NCBI GenBank assembly: GCA_046155285.1
Contig: JBJXEA010000011.1
Location: 13,695-77,694, forward strand
Direction of reading: 5' to 3'
Source: Methylophilaceae bacterium
GTDB lineage: Bacteria; Pseudomonadota; Gammaproteobacteria; Burkholderiales; Methylophilaceae
Length of the DNA stretch: 64,000 nt
Of the stretch, positions 56,000-64,000 are shown in pieces. The notes below the pieces were generated by a model. That model was not told the origin of the DNA and did not search any database. It was given only the letters and a program-made list of their open reading frames with translations. The stretch's first letter is position 1; each line of letters begins with the position of its first letter. Both the position numbers and the translations under genes were made by a program.

Positions 56000-56178
56000 A
56001 AATCCCCGCGAGTGTCGTCTTGGCCGGGCTCCTGAACGCTGGGCGTCAGGGGGTCGCAACCTAGAACACATCAGGCACACCGATGAGGGCGCGCACAACA
56101 GCATTCGTAGCGGTCACAACCAATGCAAACATATTGGTTCAAGAAGTTAAAGCCTCAACGAACACCGCAGGGAAACTT
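56000..56178 (-). ncRNA. ssrS: 6S RNA candidate (ends approximate)
   Basis: Lies immediately downstream of zapA, as in many proteobacteria. 5' UCCCUGCGGUGU pairs with 3' ACACUCGCGGGGA to form the long closing helix. Internal hairpin AACCAAU…AUUGGUU. No ORF. Confidence 0.6.
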
Positions 56179-56223
56179 AAAAACTGGTATCTAAAAACGA
56201 GCATCAAACGGCTGGAGAGTTTG

Positions 56224-56529
56224 TTAGAAGAGTTTTTCCTGATCTAGCAACGCCTGATCCAAGCGTTCTTGCATGGAATCGATTCTACGCTGAAGACCCC
56301 CGATGTCAACACCGCCGGTGCGCGTATTGAGCAGTTCGTTGGTGATATTGAGTGCGGCCATGATGGCGATGCGCTCCACACCCACCAGTTTGCCGGAATC
56401 GCGGATTTCACCCATGCGCTTATCCAGAAAATCTACCGCTTCCAGCAGGCCTTCTTCTTCCTCTTCTGGACAGGCGATGCGGAATTCGCGTCCCATGATG
56501 GAAACATCCACGTTCTTCACAGCGCTCAC
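56224..56529 (-). CDS. zapA: Cell division protein ZapA
   Basis: VDVSIMGREFRIACPEEEE…ERIAIMAALNI conserved ZapA pattern. Confidence 0.9.
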   Translation of the reverse strand: MSAVKNVDVSIMGREFRIACPEEEEEGLLEAVDFLDKRMGEIRDSGKLVGVERIAIMAALNITNELLNTRTGGVDIGGLQRRIDSMQERLDQALLDQEKLF

Positions 56530-56774
56530 AGGGTTTCCTCAGAGGGTTCGATAGCAATGCCCGCAGATATTTCAGAGCTGACTTCTTGGGGTAACTTCTT
56601 TATCACGGACTGCAATCGGCTACTGGCAAGTAGCATATTATCTTTGAGTTGACGGCCATCATCCTGCGCCTGTGCCAGTGCTTGGCGCAGTTGGTGGTTC
56701 TCTAACTTCAAGCGCTCGCTTTGCGTAATAAAACGCTCCAGTGTTGCTTCCAAAACTTTCAAATCGGCTTCCAT
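56526..56774 (-). CDS. Coiled-coil protein (ZapB-like / TIGR02449-type) upstream of zapA
   Basis: 82 aa, heptad-rich; overlaps the zapA start. Confidence 0.55.
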   Translation of the reverse strand: MEADLKVLEATLERFITQSERLKLENHQLRQALAQAQDDGRQLKDNMLLASSRLQSVIKKLPQEVSSEISAGIAIEPSEETL

Positions 56775-56899
56775 GGCGCGTACTATAAAGTTAAAAATGC
56801 TTGGCAGTCAACTGTTAAGCTTAATTTTTGAAAGTATTACAGTATGTTAGCGCTAGATTTTTTATGCGCTTAGCTCATCTGTCGTCTATAATCGTTTCA

Positions 56900-57095
56900 A
56901 GTTGTCAGGTGTTTCCAAACCCAGTCGGGTGAGGAAATTAAACGGGAAACAGGTGCGTTTGAGTTGGTTTTATCAAGCAATGCCTGTGCTGCCCCCGCAA
57001 CGGTGAGTAAGTGCGGATTCATCATCCAGCCACTGAGCTTAAACAAGCTTGGGAAGGCGATGAGTCAAGACTTACAAGCCCGGAGACCGGCCTAA
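56900..57095 (+). promoter_or_regulatory. Cobalamin riboswitch
   Basis: AACGGGAAACAGGTGCG, CTGCCCCCGCAACGGT, the B12 box AGCCACTG…GGGAAGGC, and GCCCGGAGACCGGCC. Confidence 0.85.
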
Positions 57096-57229
57096 TAACT
57101 ACGTTGGAAATGCCACGGGGTGATGGTGTTGGTCGGCACAGGTTTATTCTGTCCTTCTTGTTGCTCCTATGGTGGTTTCATCCCTAAAACTATGCATGCG
57201 GGGTCGTGTGCATTAATGGAGCAAACAAC

Positions 57230-59134
57230 ATGAATCGTCGTATTTTTGCCGGACTGTTATGTCTGGCGTCTTCCAGTTTTTCTTTTGCAGAACCAGTTAT
57301 TCAGACGAATGAGGTGTTGGTAACCGCCACGCGTGTTGCCCGTCCGGATACTGAAACTACTTATGCCTCGGAGCTGCATACCAGCAGCATGATCGAATCT
57401 TCCGGCGCGACTTCGCTCTACGATTATTTTGCGCAACATACTTCCATCAACATATTGCCCAACTTTGGCAACAAAGTGACACCGCAGATTGATATGCGCG
57501 GCTATGGCTCTGGCAGTGGTTACCAGAATATCGTGGTGACCGTGGATGGACAGCGCCTCAACAATGTGGATCTCGTGCCGCAGTTTATTGGTGCGATTCC
57601 GCTGGGCGATATTGACCGCATTGAGATTACCAAAGGCAGTGGCTCGGTGATGTTTGGCGACGGCGCCAGTGCGGGGTCTATTCAAATTTATACAAAAGCC
57701 AGAACCGGAATCTCGGTCAGTGCCTCCGCAGGTAATCACGGAGCAGCTTCAGGTTTCGTGTCAGCGGGAGTTTCGGAAAAGTATTTTGATCTTAGTGCGA
57801 GTGTCGCCCATGACAGTGATGACGGTTTAGCACGTGCAGATATCACCAACCACCGAGACAGCACGCGCAATAATGCACAGCGCATCAAGCTAAAAATCAA
57901 ACCTATAGATACATTGCGGGTTAATTTGGAAGCATCAAACTCCAGCACTGACACGCGCTACATCAATCCGCTAACCCTCGCCCAGTTTAATGCTGACCCT
58001 AGGCAGGCCGTTGGTACATACACCCATCAAGCTTTCACGTCGCGTTTATGGCGGGTTGGTGGCGAGTTTGATGTCACGCCCGAAATTAAGCTGAGCGTGA
58101 ATCGTAGCCAAGAAGATAAGGTTTCGGATTTTATTAGCTTCGCCAATAAATCTAATTATAATTACACCTCTAACGATATTGCTGTGCAATATCAGGGTGA
58201 TAGCTTGGCCGCCACCTTGGGTGTTCAAACTTTTGACGGCTTGCGAATTGGTGCTACAAACAACACCAGCAAAGACAATATTGGTGTTTTTGCACAAGCC
58301 GAATATCGCTTTGACAACTTTAGTGTTTCAGCGGGTGCGAGGCGCGAGAAGATTGATTATGAATTTGTGCCGACCGTAGGAGCGGCGCTCAAGGATACGC
58401 GTCACTTGAATGCATGGGATATCGGTGCGAATTATCGTTTCAACTCCCAAACCAGCATGTTTGCAAACTATAACCAAGCATTTCAAGCGCCAGATATTGA
58501 TCGGTTCTTTACTTTTTTAGGGACTTTCAACGGCTTTATCACACCGCAAAAATCGCGCACTTTGAATCTAGGAGTGAACCATAACGTGACCAACAATCGC
58601 TTCAAGTTCACTGTGTTTAGGGCGGAGTTGGATAACGAAATCTATTTTGATCCAGTGAGCGGTATCAACACCAACATTGATCAATCGCACAAATACGGGC
58701 TGGAAGCGCAAGACCAATGGCAAATCACTGATAAGTTAAGTAGCTCGCTAGTCTACACCTATACTCGTGCCATTATGGACAAAGCCACGCAAGGCGCGGG
58801 CGCGTTTGATGGTAAAAACTTGCCCGGAGTGCCTGAGCATGGCGTGACGGCGAGCTTGAATTACGTGCCTTTGCCTAACACTAACTTAAATGTTAGTCAT
58901 ACCTGGCGCGCTTCTGCTTATGCCATCAACGACTTTTCCAACAACTTTACGCAACGCCAGAGCAACTACCAATCCACCAGCGTGGCCTTGAGTTACCAAT
59001 ACAAAAACATGCAATGGTTTGCGGCGGTGAATAATCTGTTTGAGCATGAAAACGCTTTGTTTGTGCAGGACGATGCCATCTATCCAGTGGACTATTCGCG
59101 CCAGTTGCGGATAGGCATGAAAGCGGATTTTTAG
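57230..59134 (+). CDS. btuB: TonB-dependent outer-membrane receptor (cobalamin, BtuB-like)
   Basis: ATG 57230 gives a signal peptide. TonB-box/plug (EVLVTATR), C-terminal …LRIGMKADF. Controlled by the B12 riboswitch. Confidence 0.85.
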   Translation: MNRRIFAGLLCLASSSFSFAEPVIQTNEVLVTATRVARPDTETTYASELHTSSMIESSGATSLYDYFAQHTSINILPNFGNKVTPQIDMRGYGSGSGYQNIVVTVDGQRLNNVDLVPQFIGAIPLGDIDRIEITKGSGSVMFGDGASAGSIQIYTKARTGISVSASAGNHGAASGFVSAGVSEKYFDLSASVAHDSDDGLARADITNHRDSTRNNAQRIKLKIKPIDTLRVNLEASNSSTDTRYINPLTLAQFNADPRQAVGTYTHQAFTSRLWRVGGEFDVTPEIKLSVNRSQEDKVSDFISFANKSNYNYTSNDIAVQYQGDSLAATLGVQTFDGLRIGATNNTSKDNIGVFAQAEYRFDNFSVSAGARREKIDYEFVPTVGAALKDTRHLNAWDIGANYRFNSQTSMFANYNQAFQAPDIDRFFTFLGTFNGFITPQKSRTLNLGVNHNVTNNRFKFTVFRAELDNEIYFDPVSGINTNIDQSHKYGLEAQDQWQITDKLSSSLVYTYTRAIMDKATQGAGAFDGKNLPGVPEHGVTASLNYVPLPNTNLNVSHTWRASAYAINDFSNNFTQRQSNYQSTSVALSYQYKNMQWFAAVNNLFEHENALFVQDDAIYPVDYSRQLRIGMKADF

Positions 59135-59187
59135 TGATATGATTCAAGCCATGCGTTTATAACAAGAGATATTTTTAGGAGAATGCA

Positions 59188-59763
59188 ATGCATAACGATT
59201 TGATTAAATTACCTACAGCAAAAACGTTGACTATCGCAGGGAGCATTGGATTTTTCATGCTGCTCACGCGTGGCAGTCATGTGCTGACCCTGGTGGCCTT
59301 GCCCGACGCTAGTCTGGCGCTGTTGTTGTTGGGCGGGCTAATGCTGAAGCGTGCAAACTGGTTTTTGACCTTCGTGGTTTTGGCTACAGCGATTGATTTT
59401 GGTGCTGCCTCGGTGGATTCCCTGCAAGGCTTTTGCATCACCAACGGCTATTGGGGCATGTTGCCGACCTATGCGGCGATGTGGCTGGGTGGACGCTGGC
59501 TGGCGAAGCAACAAGATGCCTTCGCCGCAATGCCTTATGCGGTTGTAGGCTTGATAAGCACCAGCATCGCGTTCGTCATTTCCACGCAAACCTACTACCT
59601 GTTCTCAGGCCGTTTCCCTAATACCGGTGTGCTGGAAACCATGCAATATGGCTGGGAATATTTGCCTAGTTATTTGGGCTTTACCGCGATGTATCTGGCA
59701 GTGGCTTGGCTAGGGGCTCAAGGTTTACGTCGCCTGATCGTGGCGCGACCTGTAGATGTTTAA
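59188..59763 (+). CDS. Small polytopic membrane protein, BtuM-like candidate inner-membrane B12 transporter
   Basis: SD AGGAGA; about 6 hydrophobic helices; single cysteine (GFCITNGYWG, residue 83). Sits between btuB and bluB. Confidence 0.5.
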   Translation: MHNDLIKLPTAKTLTIAGSIGFFMLLTRGSHVLTLVALPDASLALLLLGGLMLKRANWFLTFVVLATAIDFGAASVDSLQGFCITNGYWGMLPTYAAMWLGGRWLAKQQDAFAAMPYAVVGLISTSIAFVISTQTYYLFSGRFPNTGVLETMQYGWEYLPSYLGFTAMYLAVAWLGAQGLRRLIVARPVDV

Positions 59764-59780
59764 GCCATTTTAATTAAGGT

Positions 59781-59806
59781 AAAGGCCGCCCTGTGCGGCC
59801 TTTTTT
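59781..59806 (+). terminator. Hairpin plus T6 abutting the bluB start codon
   Basis: AAAGGCCGC-cctgt-GCGGCCTTTTTT followed directly by ATG. Confidence 0.65.
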
Positions 59807-60463
59807 ATGAACAAACCTAACCCATATGCATTTAATTCGGTTGAACAAGCCGCCGTTTACCGCGCCATCACTGAGCGACGCGACATGCGTCACTTTAATT
59901 CTGACGCCGTAGATGAGGCCTTACTTATGCGCTTGCTAGAAGCGGCACATCACGCCCCTAGCGTTGGTTTGATGCAACCTTGGCGTTTTATTCGCATTAC
60001 CAATTTTGCACTACGGAAAAGCATCCATGCCTTGGTAGAAGAAGAACGTCAGCGTACAGCTCAGGAATTGGATGAGCGCGGACAAGAGTTTATGCGACTC
60101 AAAGTAGAAAGCGTAATGGAATGCGGTGAGTTGCTAATTGCTGGTTTAATGGATGGACGCGAACATCATGTGTTCGGTCGTCGTACCTTGCCAGAAATGG
60201 ATTTAGCCTCGGTGGCCTGCGCCATTCAAAACATGTGGCTAGCAGCGCGTGCAGAGGGGCTGGGCTTGGGTTGGGTGTCTATATTTGATCCCGAAAAATT
60301 GGCAGCTTTGCTCGCCATGCCAACAGGAAGCAAGCCCATTGCTATTCTGTGCTTAGGCCATGTAGAGACCTTCTATACCGCACCAATGCTGGAATTGGAA
60401 GGTTGGGCTAAAGTTCGCCCGCTGCAAGAATTGGTGTTTAACAATGTTTGGGGTGAGCAGTGA
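59807..60463 (+). CDS. bluB: 5,6-dimethylbenzimidazole synthase BluB
   Basis: Nitroreductase fold with the BluB-type N-terminus (…ERAAVYRAITERRDMRHF…PSVGLMQPWRF). Confidence 0.85.
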   Translation: MNKPNPYAFNSVEQAAVYRAITERRDMRHFNSDAVDEALLMRLLEAAHHAPSVGLMQPWRFIRITNFALRKSIHALVEEERQRTAQELDERGQEFMRLKVESVMECGELLIAGLMDGREHHVFGRRTLPEMDLASVACAIQNMWLAARAEGLGLGWVSIFDPEKLAALLAMPTGSKPIAILCLGHVETFYTAPMLELEGWAKVRPLQELVFNNVWGEQ

Positions 60464-60987
60464 ACAAAACGCTAGTGTTAGGCGGTGCGCGTTCTGGAAA
60501 AAGTGGTTACGCTGAGCGATTGGCGGTGGAATCAGACTTGTCGGTGACCTATATCGCCACCGCACAGGTGAACGATGACGAATTCGCTAAACGCATCCAA
60601 CAGCACAAAATACGCCGTCCAGCGCATTGGATATTGGTGGAAGAACCATTTTTGTTGACAGAAACATTGAGCAAACATGCAACAGCAGACCATTGTTTGA
60701 TCGTGGATTGCCTAACCTTGTGGCTGGCGCAGTGGATTTGTGACGACTGCAAGCCGCCGCAGGATAGGACTTGGGAGTCCGAACGTCAGGCATTCTTAAA
60801 TGTGCTACCCAACTTGCCCGGCGAGATCATTCTGGTCAGCAATGAAGTCGGCATGGGCATTGTACCTTTGGGTGAAATCAATCGCCGCTTTCAAGATGAG
60901 CAGGGTCGGCTAAATCAGGCCTTAGCCAAAATTTGCGATAGCGTGGTTTTTATGGCGGCGGGTTTGCCAATGGCGCTTAAAGGGTAA
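60460..60987 (+). CDS. cobU: Adenosylcobinamide kinase / adenosylcobinamide-phosphate guanylyltransferase
   Basis: P-loop GGARSGKS; VVDCLTLWL; SNEVGMGIVP. Confidence 0.9.
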   Translation: MNKTLVLGGARSGKSGYAERLAVESDLSVTYIATAQVNDDEFAKRIQQHKIRRPAHWILVEEPFLLTETLSKHATADHCLIVDCLTLWLAQWICDDCKPPQDRTWESERQAFLNVLPNLPGEIILVSNEVGMGIVPLGEINRRFQDEQGRLNQALAKICDSVVFMAAGLPMALKG

Positions 60988-61055
60988 GCCTTGAACGGCT
61001 TGCAAGGTGAGGGGATAATGCACTCCTGTGCAACATTAGCTTTAGGCAAAATAAT

Positions 61056-61622
61056 ATGCTGTTGATGATAGATAATTACGACTCCTTCACCTACAACCTC
61101 GTGCAATACCTAGGTGAGTTGGGGCAGGAGGTCGTGGTGTACCGCAACGATGAGATTGACTTGGCGAAAGTGGCCGAGCTGAAGCCACGTCACATTGTGA
61201 TTTCACCAGGCCCCTGTACACCGAATGAAGCGGGCATTTCTGTGCCGCTGATTAAAGAATTCGCCGGGAAAATCCCTATGCTGGGCGTGTGCCTTGGGCA
61301 TCAGAGCATAGGCCAAGCATTTGGCGGCAATATCATCCATGCCAAGCATGTGATGCATGGTAAGACCTCAGCAGTGTCGCACAACAGTGTTGGTGTTTTC
61401 AAAGGCTTGCCCAATCCATTCACCGCTACGCGCTATCACTCGCTGGTGATCGAGCGCGAAACCTGCCCTGATTGTCTGGAAGTCACCGCGTGGACGGAGG
61501 ACGGCGAAATCATGGGGGTGCGCCATAAAACGTTAGCGATTGAGGGCGTGCAATTTCATCCGGAATCCATACTCACCGAGCATGGTCACGACCTGTTAAA
61601 TAACTTCCTGAAAAGTTACTGA
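61056..61622 (+). CDS. trpG: Anthranilate synthase component II (glutamine amidotransferase)
   Basis: [18 protein letters not shown]…GVCLGHQ…HPES triad. Confidence 0.9.
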   Translation: MLLMIDNYDSFTYNLVQYLGELGQEVVVYRNDEIDLAKVAELKPRHIVISPGPCTPNEAGISVPLIKEFAGKIPMLGVCLGHQSIGQAFGGNIIHAKHVMHGKTSAVSHNSVGVFKGLPNPFTATRYHSLVIERETCPDCLEVTAWTEDGEIMGVRHKTLAIEGVQFHPESILTEHGHDLLNNFLKSY

Positions 61623-62641
61623 TGTTCAAAGACATGCTTTCCAAGCTGCTACAACGTGCTGATTTATCGCGCGATGAAATGCTGGCCGTGATGCGCCAAG
61701 TGATGGCGGGCGAACTAACGCCCGCTCAAATTTCAGCCTTGCTGGTGGCGCTGCGAATAAAGGGCGAGACAGTGGATGAAATCGCCGCCGCCGCCCAAGT
61801 GATGCGCGAGCTTTCTACCAAGGTCACCATTGCCGACACCACGCATTTGATAGACACCTGCGGTACCGGCGGCGATGGCATTCAAACTTTTAATGTTTCC
61901 ACCGTTTCGGCTGTGGTGGCCGCGGCGGCAGGTGCAAAAGTCGCCAAGCACGGTGGACGCTCGGTGTCATCCACCTGCGGCAGTGCGGATGTGCTGGAAG
62001 CGCTGGGAGTCAATGTCAATCTAAATCCAGAGCAAGTCGCAGCCAGTGTGGATCAAATCGGCATCGGCTTCATGTTCGCCCCCAACCATCACAGCGCAAT
62101 GAAACACTCGGCTCCGGTGCGGCGTGAACTTGGTGTACGCACACTATTTAATCTATTGGGGCCGCTCACTAACCCTGCCGGTGCTAAGCGACAGCTGATG
62201 GGGGTGTTTGACCCAGCATTGACGGGCAAGCTGGCGCAAGTCTTAAAGCAGCTCGGCAGTGAGCATGTGTTGGTGGTGCATGGCGCTGACGGCATGGACG
62301 AAATCTCGTTTTCTGGCGATACCTACGTGGCGGAATTGAAAAATGGCGAGGTAAAAGAGTTCGTACTGAATCCACAGATGTTTGGCATGAGTCTGCATCA
62401 GGCCAGCAGCATCCGCGTGCAGAATGCTGCAGAATCTAAAGCTATGATTCTTGATGTGCTGAACGGAAAAATCGGTGCAGCGCGCGACATCGTGCTGCTG
62501 AACGCGGGTGCGGCGATTTATGTGGCTGGCGTGGTAGAAGGTCTGCAAGACGGTATCGCCAAGGCGGCTGAGGTGATTGATAACGGCGCCGCAAAAACAA
62601 AAATGGAGCAGCTCATCGCTTTTTCTAAGCAGCAAGGTTAG
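61622..62641 (+). CDS. trpD: Anthranilate phosphoribosyltransferase
   Basis: DTCGTGGDG and KHGGRSVSS motifs. Confidence 0.95.
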   Translation: MFKDMLSKLLQRADLSRDEMLAVMRQVMAGELTPAQISALLVALRIKGETVDEIAAAAQVMRELSTKVTIADTTHLIDTCGTGGDGIQTFNVSTVSAVVAAAAGAKVAKHGGRSVSSTCGSADVLEALGVNVNLNPEQVAASVDQIGIGFMFAPNHHSAMKHSAPVRRELGVRTLFNLLGPLTNPAGAKRQLMGVFDPALTGKLAQVLKQLGSEHVLVVHGADGMDEISFSGDTYVAELKNGEVKEFVLNPQMFGMSLHQASSIRVQNAAESKAMILDVLNGKIGAARDIVLLNAGAAIYVAGVVEGLQDGIAKAAEVIDNGAAKTKMEQLIAFSKQQG

Positions 62642-62643
62642 CC

Positions 62644-63432
62644 ATGTCGGACATACTAAAAAAAATACTAGCTACCAAACATGCCGAAGTCATCGCGGCG
62701 ATGAAGCAGAAGCCTTTAGCGCAGATGCAGGAGGACGCCAAAAAAGCTGCCCCGCCGCGTGATTTTGTCGGGGCTATACGCGCCAAAATTGCCGCTAATC
62801 AACCCGCTGTCATCGCCGAAATCAAGAAGGCCAGTCCTTCTAAAGGCGTGATACGCGAGGATTTTCGACCTGCTGAAATTGCCGCGAGCTATGAAAAAGG
62901 CGGCGCAGCTTGTTTGTCGGTGTTGACCGATGTTGAGTATTTTCAGGGCAGCGCGGAATATCTGAAACAAGCGCGTGCGGCTTGCAACTTGCCGGTGTTG
63001 CGTAAAGATTTCATGATTGATGCGTACCAAGTTTATGAAGCGCGAGCGATGGGCGCGGATTGTATTTTGTTGATAGCGGCGGCGCTGGATTTAGCGCAGA
63101 TGCAAGAATTGGAAACGTTAGCGCATCAGCTTGGCATGGCGGCATTGGTAGAGGTGCATAACGGTGAGGAGCTGGATTTGGCGTTGCAACTGAAAACACC
63201 GCTGTTGGGTATCAACAACCGCAATCTTCGGACTTTTCAGGTGACGCTGGATACCACGCTGGGCTTGCTTGGGCGGATTCCCAAAGATCGTATCGTGGTC
63301 ACCGAGAGTGGCATTTTTACGTCTGATGACGTGGTGTTGATGCGCCGTAACAACGTCCATACTTTCCTCGTGGGTGAAGCGTTCATGCGTCAGCCTGACC
63401 CCGGTGTAGAATTAGCGCGAGTTTTTGCTTAA
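62644..63432 (+). CDS. trpC: Indole-3-glycerol phosphate synthase
   Basis: [12 protein letters not shown]…LRKDF…LVEVH…INNRNL motifs. Confidence 0.95.
   Translation: MSDILKKILATKHAEVIAAMKQKPLAQMQEDAKKAAPPRDFVGAIRAKIAANQPAVIAEIKKASPSKGVIREDFRPAEIAASYEKGGAACLSVLTDVEYFQGSAEYLKQARAACNLPVLRKDFMIDAYQVYEARAMGADCILLIAAALDLAQMQELETLAHQLGMAALVEVHNGEELDLALQLKTPLLGINNRNLRTFQVTLDTTLGLLGRIPKDRIVVTESGIFTSDDVVLMRRNNVHTFLVGEAFMRQPDPGVELARVFA

Positions 63433-64000
<568 letters not shown>

Overview
A 64-kb, densely coding, mostly housekeeping chromosomal segment. Gene content and synteny suggest a betaproteobacterial methylotroph (Methylophilaceae-like); that is an inference, not a database result. I support about 66 CDS. 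Main blocks: (i) 1-11.2 kb, scattered members of a PQQ/quinoprotein-dehydrogenase accessory set (MoxJ-like binding protein, two tandem 4-Cys cytochromes c, MBL hydrolase, cytochrome b561, SoxY-SoxZ fusion carrier) mixed with ndh, lplT, phoH2, bcp and a TonB-like/histidine-kinase pair; (ii) flhBA; (iii) molybdenum-cofactor genes moeA-mobB-mobA and moaC; (iv) a BepA-like protease coupled to stand-alone soxYZ; (v) methyl-cycle genes (ahcY-metF behind an SAH riboswitch, metK) plus trmB, fmt and rsmB; (vi) DUF4390-ntrY-ntrX and a second two-component system; (vii) an A+T-rich accessory island at 35978-40744 between xthA and prlC; (viii) dapF-DUF484-xerC; (ix) an OprP-type porin-tupABC operon with an HTH-only ModE-like regulator, moaA and fdhD; (x) zapB-zapA-6S RNA; (xi) a cobalamin riboswitch driving btuB, a BtuM-like membrane protein, bluB and cobU; (xii) trpGDC and the start of hemB. 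The island carries a ParE toxin-antitoxin pair, a two-gene nuclease-methyltransferase plus two-TRD specificity subunit system (Type IIB/BcgI-like, no translocase), an XRE regulator with a perfect palindrome, and an orphan Phd antitoxin. It is the best candidate here for an uncharacterised system. Non-coding signals worth checking: the SAH riboswitch, the cobalamin riboswitch, a 6S RNA, a 168-bp MITE-like palindrome, a three-hairpin intergenic module, and TATAAT boxes 6-7 nt from start codons (possible leaderless mRNAs). I saw no rRNA, tRNA, CRISPR array, transposase or integrase other than xerC. All functions come from reading the translated ORFs and motifs by eye. No searches were run.
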